This document shows positions 1-6,568 of a DNA stretch of 11,839 nt, one piece after another (the first letter of the stretch is position 1; the number at the start of each line of letters is the position of its first letter). The position numbers and the translations under genes are program-made. The stretch is from Promethearchaeota archaeon (GTDB taxonomy: Archaea; Asgardarchaeota; Lokiarchaeia; Sigyniarchaeales; SOKP01): NCBI GenBank assembly GCA_011364975.1, contig RDOE01000093.1:1-11839 (forward strand), read 5' to 3'. Below the pieces are notes generated by a model. That model did not search any database, was not told where the DNA came from, and saw only the letters and a program-made list of their open reading frames with translations.

Positions 1-1
1 A

Positions 2-688
2 AAGCTCATCACTTACAAAATTTCTTGCATACCCTATTGTTAAGTCAGGGTGATCATATATACCGGTGTCTATTACTGCTACTTTAATTCCAGTTCCATT
101 ATAAATCAGATCATCAGCATCAACTGCTGGAACCCACCAATTTGGATATGAATCCTTGTTTAAGTCGCTTGAAGATGGTATATTTTCTTTGATAAATGGG
201 AGCGTGTAAACTTTAGATTTGAAAATTCTGTCTATAATAGTATCTTGTTCAAGATTTTCTTTTTCTTTTATTAATTCCTCAGTATCACACTTAAGATATA
301 TTCCCGGGATAATATCATAATTATAAATAATTTCAAAATTATCAAAAATGGATTCTATAAATTCCAATCTAACCGATTTGGTAGTCCCTTCTTTAAAAAG
401 AACAATCACTCTACTTTCAGGTTCGTGGTTTTTGTCGGATAAATCGTTTAGGAGAAGATCATCAAAAATACTACTTTTTTGAATATTTTTTTTTAAATAA
501 TTTTCTTCAGCGGTTACTTTAGTATCTGAAAATGCTTGTTTGAGATCATTCAAAGGTAGGTTTAAATTTACTGAACTTTTTGAATTAATGGGAAAATTTA
601 TGCTATTTATGTAAAAGGGACTAACAATAGCATTGAATACTAATAAAGTAATTATTAAATTTCCGATTTTCCTCCTTATAAAAATCAT
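2..688 (-). CDS. S8 (subtilisin-like) serine peptidase, 5' part: signal peptide, propeptide and start of catalytic domain; runs off the left edge
   Basis: Hand translation from ATG 688 is open to the window edge: MIFIRRKIGNLIITLLVFNAIVSPFY... (basic then hydrophobic signal peptide), a propeptide-like segment (SRVIVLFKEG...YNYDIIPGIYLK), then YNGTGIKVAVIDTGIYDHPDL, the subtilase catalytic-Asp motif (Asp codon 70-68). Not in the ORF track because no stop lies in the window. Confidence 0.93.
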   Translation of the reverse strand, partial: MIFIRRKIGNLIITLLVFNAIVSPFYINSINFPINSKSSVNLNLPLNDLKQAFSDTKVTAEENYLKKNIQKSSIFDDLLLNDLSDKNHEPESRVIVLFKEGTTKSVRLEFIESIFDNFEIIYNYDIIPGIYLKCDTEELIKEKENLEQDTIIDRIFKSKVYTLPFIKENIPSSSDLNKDSYPNWWVPAVDADDLIYNGTGIKVAVIDTGIYDHPDLTIGYARNFVSDEL

Positions 689-863
689 AATATTTACAAA
701 ATAAGCTAAATATTTATTTTTTTATTTAATAGTTCAAAAATTCTATAATAAATTAAAGATTTGGCATAAATAAATCAGTTATCAGAATATTTAAGAAAAA
801 CCAAAATTTTTTTTAGAAGCAATAACTTTAAAGAATTACAATTGGGGCTGTGGATTAGTGGAA

Positions 864-883
864 AAAAGTTTACTTTTCCATAA
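864..883 (+). other. Putative tRNA intron 1 in the D-loop (about position 20/21-21/22, ~20 nt; boundaries ambiguous by a few nt)
   Basis: Excess sequence between G18G19 (860-861) and the D-stem 3' strand. TGGAAAA 859-865 pairs with TTTTCCA 874-880, and exon GTGG can pair with insert CCAT as a 4-bp central helix of a relaxed bulge-helix-bulge. Removal gives D-loop AGTGGAA followed by GATC. Confidence 0.8.
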
Positions 884-920
884 GATCGTTCGCTTGGCAT
901 GCGAAAGGCCGGGGGTTCAA

Positions 921-951
921 TAAACTTTGGGAATTACCCATAATAGGGAAA
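921..951 (+). other. Putative tRNA intron 2 in the T-loop (30 nt; 58/59 = 921-950 or 59/60 = 922-951)
   Basis: 30 extra nt between TTCAA and ATCCCCC, with internal hairpin TGGG-AATTA-CCCA 928-940. Exon TTC can pair with insert GGA/GAA. Removal restores a 7-nt T-loop (TTCAAAT or TTCAATT). Confidence 0.82.
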
Positions 952-1014
952 TCCCCCCAGCTCCACTATTATTCTTAGTTTATTTTTATTCTATTAAATA
1001 ATAGATCCTTATAT

Positions 1015-1036
1015 TCGTGAAATGCTGATTTCACGA
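1015..1036. repeat. Perfect 9-bp inverted repeat TCGTGAAAT-gctg-ATTTCACGA (operator or hairpin)
   Basis: Read directly; lies 50 nt after the tRNA and ~50 nt before ATG 1089. Function is not shown by the sequence. Confidence 0.6.
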
Positions 1037-1088
1037 TCATATTAACTACCGTAAAACTTAATGTGTTTGAGATTTTTAGTAGTTTATA

Positions 1089-1205
1089 ATGTTTTTTAGC
1101 AAAATATTAAAATATAGTATTGCCATTATTCTTGCTAATTTGTATTTCATTGCTATATTATTTTCTTGGCAATCATATCCCGAACTTAAATTATGGAAAA
1201 CCTAA
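1089..1205 (+). CDS. 38-aa hydrophobic ORF, probably the frameshifted N-terminal TM helix of the downstream methyltransferase
   Basis: ATG 1089 gives MFFSKILKYSIAIILANLYFIAILFSWQSYPELKLWKT*, overlapping the 1193 ORF. One extra base at TGGAAAAC (1194-1201) would fuse the two into ~185 aa. Confidence 0.6.
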   Translation: MFFSKILKYSIAIILANLYFIAILFSWQSYPELKLWKT

Positions 1206-1645
1206 ATTCGTTTTATTTTGACGTCAGTCTGTTTAGAATTATTCATCTCTCATTAGGCATTCTTTTCTTTATTTATGGGATTATTAATGTTATTGAAATT
1301 ATAGCTATTAATCGAAAAGCCCAATTAAGGAAAAATCAACCGGGATATATTATAAGGAGTGGGCTTTATGGAAAAATGCGTCATCCTATGTATAGCATGA
1401 TAATAATAATGCAAGCGAGTTTATTTTTTTCATTATGTTCTGCATTAGGAGTATTATTTTCCATTATCTTTTTATCATTTTTTATGTTATTGGGACTTTA
1501 TGAAGAAAAATTTCAATTATTACCAATATTTGGTGAAAATTACAGAGATTACATGAAGGAGGTAAAAATGAGATTTTTCCCGATTTTTTTGAAAATATAT
1601 TTAGTATCAATTTATTTTCTTTCATTTATAGGATTATTCTTATAA
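1193..1645 (+). CDS. Isoprenylcysteine carboxyl methyltransferase / phospholipid methyltransferase (ICMT/PEMT) family membrane protein
   Basis: Family motifs IIRSGLYGKMRHPMY and YEEKFQLLPIFGENYRDYMKEVKMRFFP, plus several TM segments. The true start is probably 1089. Confidence 0.88.
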   Translation: MENLNSFYFDVSLFRIIHLSLGILFFIYGIINVIEIIAINRKAQLRKNQPGYIIRSGLYGKMRHPMYSMIIIMQASLFFSLCSALGVLFSIIFLSFFMLLGLYEEKFQLLPIFGENYRDYMKEVKMRFFPIFLKIYLVSIYFLSFIGLFL

Positions 1646-1668
1646 CCCTTTTAAGAAATTATAAAAAC

Positions 1669-1674
1669 GGAGGT
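1669..1674 (+). promoter_or_regulatory. Shine-Dalgarno site GGAGGT for the racemase gene
   Basis: GGAGGT 10 nt upstream of ATG 1685 in an AT-rich spacer. Confidence 0.7.
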
Positions 1675-1684
1675 AAAGAAAACA

Positions 1685-2365
1685 ATGAAAAAAATTGGAA
1701 TTTTAGGAGGGATGTCTTATGAATCAACAATAAAATACTATGAGTTGATTTTAAAGAAATATTATGAAACTTTTCACGACTTTAATTATCCAGAGATAGT
1801 TATTTTCAGCCTTAATTTTCAAAAAGTTATTGACTATGAACTAAATAATAAAAAAGAGAAATATATTGAGTATTTAATCTCAGGGATTAGAAGTCTAAGG
1901 AATGCTGGTGTCGAATTTATTATTATGGCAGCGAATTCTCCACATTCTGTATATAATGAATTAGAGAGGTTATCTGAAATCCCAATTTTGAGTATTGTTG
2001 ATGTAACAGCAGAACAAGCAAAAAAGTTAAATATGCAGAGAGTTTTATTACTTGGTATAAAATATACGATGCAATCTTCCTATTATCAAGAATCATTTAA
2101 AAAAATAGGAATAAATGTAATTACACCCTCCCTTGAAGACCAAGAAATTATAGATGGTGTAATTTTCAATGAATTGGTTATTGGTAGTTTAAAAGACAGT
2201 AGCAGAAATGAATTATTAAAAATTATTCGGAAACATGGTGTAGATGGTGTAATACTCGGTTGTACGGAACTTCCTCTGATATTAAAGCAAGCAGATATTG
2301 AAATAATATTACTTGATACTATGGATATTCATACAACTGAGACATTAAAATATTGTTTAGAATAA
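1685..2365 (+). CDS. Aspartate/glutamate racemase family protein (YgeA/RacX-like)
   Basis: MKKIGILGGMSYEST N-terminus, AANSPH at the first catalytic site and VILGCTELP at the second; 226 aa is typical for the family. Confidence 0.93.
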   Translation: MKKIGILGGMSYESTIKYYELILKKYYETFHDFNYPEIVIFSLNFQKVIDYELNNKKEKYIEYLISGIRSLRNAGVEFIIMAANSPHSVYNELERLSEIPILSIVDVTAEQAKKLNMQRVLLLGIKYTMQSSYYQESFKKIGINVITPSLEDQEIIDGVIFNELVIGSLKDSSRNELLKIIRKHGVDGVILGCTELPLILKQADIEIILLDTMDIHTTETLKYCLE

Positions 2366-2433
2366 AAAAAGAAAGGTTTGAAAGCTTTTTTAATCCTCAA
2401 ATGCTATAAATAATAATTATATAAATATGGTAA

Positions 2434-4707
2434 TTGCTTATAGGTCGCTTTAAACTTACTAGAATTGAAGCAAAGAATATTGCACCAATCATTTTAGTCA
2501 TGCTTTTATTATTTATCTCAATTGCATGCGCTAATATGTTAATCCCTAGTTATAGTGCTATTAAAATTCAATTTGGAATACCAGAAACATTGCTTGCAAT
2601 ACCAGACGCCTTTTTTGTTTTAGTGAGTGCATTTTTTGCACTGATGTGGGGATACTATACCGATAGGATAAATCGAACAAAAGTAATAATGGCAGGAGCA
2701 TTTTCATGGACTTTTGGTATGATGCTGACCGCTCTTTCCTTTAATTATCAAATATTAATTATTTCAAGAATGTTAAGTGGCGCAGGTTTAGGTTGCGTTC
2801 TGCCAGTTGGTTATTCTATAATTGCGGATGCAATACCCCCTGATGAGAGATCCGGCTGGTTTGGTACGTTAGCAATCTTAAGCTCTGTTTCGAATGGAAT
2901 AGGTCAGGGGTTATCCTCATTCTTAGGACCAATATTTGGTTGGCAATTTCCATTTTTTCTATTATCCGCTATAAGTATTTGTATTGTTTTTATATTATTT
3001 TTTGTTAAAATTCCTCAAAGAGGAGCAAGTGAGGATGAACTTTTAGACCTTAAAGCAATGAATCTTGAATATCAGTATACAATTACAAAAAGAGATTTAT
3101 CTAAAATCCTAAAAAAGAAAACAAATCGATATCTAATAATACAAAACTTTTTTTCAATCATTCCAGGCACAATAACTATTTTCTTTCTAACCTCAATGCT
3201 AAACATCTATTTTCTATATGAAATTCCTACGGAAATAAGACTTCAAACAGCTACTATTATGGCTGGAATTTTAGGAGTGGGATATATTTTGGGAAATCTT
3301 TCTCTTTCATACTTAGGAGACATTTTATATAGAAAAAACAAAAAGAACAGGACAAGGTTAGCTACTGTGTGCATAATTTTAGCAATACCCTTTTTTATTG
3401 CTTGTCTTTTTTCAATAGAACCAATTCAAGTAATTAGGTTAAATATTACATATCCTGATCCTATTAATACACCCGAAATAGGATCATATATGTTTAGAAC
3501 GATATTTGAAATATTCAGAGTTTATCCAAATTATATATATTATTTTATATTCGGCTTATTGGGGACTATGTTTAGTGCAGGTCCTGTAGCCAATCGAAAT
3601 GCAATAATGATTGATATAAACCTGCCAGAACATCGCGGAACTTCAGTTTCATTTATGAATTTATCAGAACAAGTTGGTAAAGGTTTAACACTATTAGTTT
3701 CATACTTTTTAATATCTTACCTAGGAAGTATATTTAACATGTTGTTATTTTCATCATTATTCTGGATTCCAGCAAGTATATTATGGATTTTCGCAAATAA
3801 AACAGTAGGAAGAGATTTAACTGTAAAATCGATGATTTTATCAGAACGGCAACAAATAGGATTATTAGATTATGTCTTTGAGCTTGAAATTCAAATGGAT
3901 CGTGCAATCCAGAAAATTCAGGATTCAAAATACTACATTTTAAACGATCATAAGAAATTCAATGAGTTAATAACTAGCGCAATCAAAATTTTGAAATATT
4001 GTGAAAGAGAGAGTGAGAACAGAACTATAACAAATATTAAACAAAGAACTAACGATCTTTTAATACTTGCGGAGTCAATTAAAAGAATGGCAAATCAAAT
4101 TTATGAGATATTAGATAATAAAGATCTTAGCGAAAAAGAGATAGATATGCTAAATGAAGATTTAAAACAAATAATATTAAAGATAGCAGAGGGTGAAAAA
4201 AGCACTTTTGGAGAACTTCAAATTTATTTTGAAGATGCACAGTTGAAGATTGTAGAAGCAAGATTACTCCGAAAAAACGACTTATTGAGATGTGTGAACA
4301 AAATAGATGAAGCAATAAAAATATACGATAGAATTAAGAATCTTCTTAACGAAAGATTAGAAATAATCCCAGATAGTTCTCAATTATCAGAGGAAGATTT
4401 TTATGTTTATAACAGAGAACAAACCTTATTAGAAAAATGCATTTCTTCTCTTAACGCTACAAAAGAATTGAAGGAAAAAATTGGGAATGTCTTCACTCAA
4501 TTAGAAGAGCAGGGTATTACAAAAAAGGATTTAATAAAAATTTCTGAATTAACTCTTGAATACAATATTAACCTTTATCAAGTGATTACTGATACAATAG
4601 GTAATGAACATAAAACGAAGGTTGCTATAAATAACATATTAAAGAAAATCGATCAGATTTTTAATGATTATGACAAATGGAAAGAAGTGGAATTGAAAGT
4701 CTTTTAA
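2434..4707 (+). CDS. MFS transporter (~aa 1-460) fused to a ~300-aa soluble helical C-terminal domain
   Basis: MFS motif A in both halves (WGYYTDRINRTK; YLGDILYRKNKKNR), ISRMLSGAGLG, PPDERSG and PEHRGTS loop motifs, about 12 hydrophobic segments, then a charged amphipathic tail. TTG start. Confidence 0.92.
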   Translation: MLIGRFKLTRIEAKNIAPIILVMLLLFISIACANMLIPSYSAIKIQFGIPETLLAIPDAFFVLVSAFFALMWGYYTDRINRTKVIMAGAFSWTFGMMLTALSFNYQILIISRMLSGAGLGCVLPVGYSIIADAIPPDERSGWFGTLAILSSVSNGIGQGLSSFLGPIFGWQFPFFLLSAISICIVFILFFVKIPQRGASEDELLDLKAMNLEYQYTITKRDLSKILKKKTNRYLIIQNFFSIIPGTITIFFLTSMLNIYFLYEIPTEIRLQTATIMAGILGVGYILGNLSLSYLGDILYRKNKKNRTRLATVCIILAIPFFIACLFSIEPIQVIRLNITYPDPINTPEIGSYMFRTIFEIFRVYPNYIYYFIFGLLGTMFSAGPVANRNAIMIDINLPEHRGTSVSFMNLSEQVGKGLTLLVSYFLISYLGSIFNMLLFSSLFWIPASILWIFANKTVGRDLTVKSMILSERQQIGLLDYVFELEIQMDRAIQKIQDSKYYILNDHKKFNELITSAIKILKYCERESENRTITNIKQRTNDLLILAESIKRMANQIYEILDNKDLSEKEIDMLNEDLKQIILKIAEGEKSTFGELQIYFEDAQLKIVEARLLRKNDLLRCVNKIDEAIKIYDRIKNLLNERLEIIPDSSQLSEEDFYVYNREQTLLEKCISSLNATKELKEKIGNVFTQLEEQGITKKDLIKISELTLEYNINLYQVITDTIGNEHKTKVAINNILKKIDQIFNDYDKWKEVELKVF

Positions 4708-5006
4708 TTACTTAGGAATTCATTTTTTAATATTTCTTTAAATGCGGATCTTTCTTCGCCAATAATCTCTTTAACGTTTTTTCCCTTTTCATTATAATGA
4801 TCAGGACTATCATTATCTGAAAATAAATTTACTAATAAAATTAAGCAATTTCGTAGCTCTAAATCTTTGGTTTTTCCTTCAGAAAAATTTTTCATGATCT
4901 TTATTAGAAGATTACTTAAATACAGTTTAGAAAAATGATTAGGGTTAACCTCTTTAGTACTGAGTTTGCTATTGTAAAAATCTAAAATGTGAGCTACACA
5001 ATCCAT
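4704..5006 (-). CDS. Hypothetical protein (100 aa)
   Basis: ATG-started ORF with plausible helical composition. Its stop shares TTAA 4704-4707 with the MFS stop. No motif recognised. Confidence 0.7.
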   Translation of the reverse strand: MDCVAHILDFYNSKLSTKEVNPNHFSKLYLSNLLIKIMKNFSEGKTKDLELRNCLILLVNLFSDNDSPDHYNEKGKNVKEIIGEERSAFKEILKNEFLSN

Positions 5007-5291
5007 ACTGATTTTATTCCTATACCTATAATTAACTTTTAAAATCGCAGTAATTTAGTTACTCGATTTAAGTTAATTTTTCCTTATTCTTTTTAATAAC
5101 AAATGATAAAACTGGTATAAAAATATATTTGAGTTTCTTTTCACTTGAAAATCTTGAAAATAATATTTTTGAAGCTCTTTTTTATATCTGATTCTTGTCC
5201 AAATCTAAGAAAGATCAATAATACTAATTTCTATTAGGAAAGAGCAAGGAGGAATATACTGATTTTAGAAATAATTAAAAGTGTTTAAAAG

Positions 5292-5846
5292 TTAAAGTTC
5301 TACTTCAACATTTTTCACAAAAGAATCGATAGATTGCTCAAGATCTATTATATCATCAATATTTTTAATCTCAGAACCCGCTATCTTATTTAAAAATTCC
5401 TTTAGTATTTTTTCCTTTTGTTTATCATTTGGAAAGATTAAACTACTCTTATAATGTTCCCAGTCAAGAATTCCAGTAAAAATAATGAATAGAATTTCGA
5501 TATGGCTATAATCGATTAGGTTATGCAGTTTTTCTTTAGAGATTAACATTTTAGTATGATCCTTATAAAAGCCTGAAAGATCATTATAATAATTGGTTAT
5601 AAGAGCAATATTGTCTAACTGTGCTTTTAACGCCGCTTGGTTAATAGGACTATCTTCATCCTTATACATTATTTCGAAATATGTGTTAATGAAATCCTTT
5701 AGTTTTTGTAATTTTTGTTGGAATACTCTTGTTTTAACAATTCGTTCAAACATAGGACTTTGCTTATCTTTGTAGAAGCGAAGTTCAAATTTGACGATTG
5801 CAAGTATATCCAAGAAGAGTTCGCGTATATCTATATCCTCAATCAT
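5292..5846 (-). CDS. Hypothetical protein (184 aa, predicted helical)
   Basis: Long ORF for AT-rich DNA, ATG start with GGTGA just upstream. No family recognised. Confidence 0.8.
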   Translation of the reverse strand: MIEDIDIRELFLDILAIVKFELRFYKDKQSPMFERIVKTRVFQQKLQKLKDFINTYFEIMYKDEDSPINQAALKAQLDNIALITNYYNDLSGFYKDHTKMLISKEKLHNLIDYSHIEILFIIFTGILDWEHYKSSLIFPNDKQKEKILKEFLNKIAGSEIKNIDDIIDLEQSIDSFVKNVEVEL

Positions 5847-6005
5847 GTTCTCACCGTTTCGGTTAATCTCCTCAATCTTTAGATTGGTTTCAACTATCTT
5901 ACACGAGTTAAAAAATTAATAATATGATAAAAGTAACCTTGAATTTAAAATAATTTAATTTAAAATTCCAATTTTTAAATATGCTTTAAAGTATTTATAT
6001 TTTTA

Positions 6006-6026
6006 TGTTTAAGCACTACTTAAACA
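6006..6026. repeat. Perfect 8-bp inverted repeat TGTTTAAG-cacta-CTTAAACA
   Basis: Read directly; intergenic, ~160 nt upstream of the 184-aa gene. Confidence 0.55.
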
Positions 6027-6128
6027 GCAACAACTCCCTAATCTTAGTATAACCCTTTAATCTACTGTATCATAAACTTCACACAGGTTTTAAAAGAAAA
6101 AGATTTAAGGAAACTCCTCGAGAGTACC

Positions 6129-6344
6129 TCATTCTATATTTCCCCATCTTAGTTTTTCATTACACTCGGTGCAATACCAAGTTTTATGGACTGGATTATA
6201 AGTCATGTCCTTTACGGAGTTAAAGCACACGGTGCGGAGAAGAATTAAGGCACTTAATGGACGCTAAATAGGCCAGCACAGGTCATTTAGTGCCGGATCT
6301 ATCTATCGATATTTAGGATTATCAAAAAGGTCTGTATTATTCAT
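6129..6344 (-). pseudogene. 71-codon small protein frame with a C-terminal CxxC and two in-frame TAG codons (pseudogene or recoded gene)
   Basis: GAGGAGGAG (6362-6354) precedes ATG 6344. Translation: MNNTDLFDNPKYR*IDPALNDLCWPI*RPLSALILLRTVCFNSVKDMTYNPVHKTWYCTECNEKLRWGNIE* with TAG at 6305-6303 and 6266-6264 and terminal TGA 6131-6129. WYCTEC is a zinc-ribbon knuckle; RTVC is one base (CGC vs TGC) from CTVC. Confidence 0.6.
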
Positions 6345-6568
6345 TAAAACTTTCTCCTCCTCATCAATCTTTGCTTAATCTGCTCTGCTAGCAGCTCTTA
6401 TAACTTAGCTATTCGGTTCTTCTCTTAATACTAGAGAATATAAAGATATTTAAATTGGTATAGTGTTTTAGCTAACTAAATTTTGATTCGTGTTGGAGTT
6501 GATTTTAATGTGAATGTATAAAGTATTACCAAACTTTATTTTAAAGATAGGGAGTAATTCTTATCTTC

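Larger units (their letters stand above)
844..965 (+). tRNA. tRNA-Ala(GGC) with two non-canonical inserts (putative introns) in the D-loop and T-loop; CCA not encoded
   Basis: Acceptor stem GGGGCTG 844-850 / CAGCTCC 958-964 with the G3:U70 alanine identity pair and discriminator A965. D-stem GATT 853-856 / GATC 884-887. Anticodon stem TTCGC 889-893 / GCGAA 901-905, anticodon GGC 896-898. T-stem GGGGG 911-915 / CCCCC 953-957 with TTCAA 916-920. Removing ~20 nt and 30 nt of inserts gives a standard 72-nt cloverleaf. Confidence 0.95.

Noticed and set aside
689-843. TATA/BRE boxes in the divergent protease-tRNA spacer
   Set aside because: Promoters must be here, but the DNA is too AT-rich to single out a specific box.
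945-965. tRNA 3' end as an integration (att) site
   Set aside because: No duplicate of the tRNA 3' end and no integrase seen in the window.
1193-1645. ICMT-like gene as evidence of eukaryote-type protein prenylation
   Set aside because: The family is widespread in prokaryotes and no prenyltransferase or CaaX context is present here.
3734-4315. Minus-strand ORFs 3734-3928 and 4127-4315
   Set aside because: Short antisense shadows inside the well-supported MFS gene, with no motifs.
5593-5775. Plus-strand 60-aa ORF
   Set aside because: Antisense shadow of the 184-aa gene.
5990-6026. TTATGTTTAAG as a dif/Xer arm
   Set aside because: No partner arm at 6-bp spacing; the match is expected by chance in AT-rich DNA.
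6249-6294. Hairpin as a eukaryote/Loki-type SECIS (contains AUGA)
   Set aside because: No matching GA on the 3' strand and no apical AA; the adjacent in-frame stops are UAG, not UGA.
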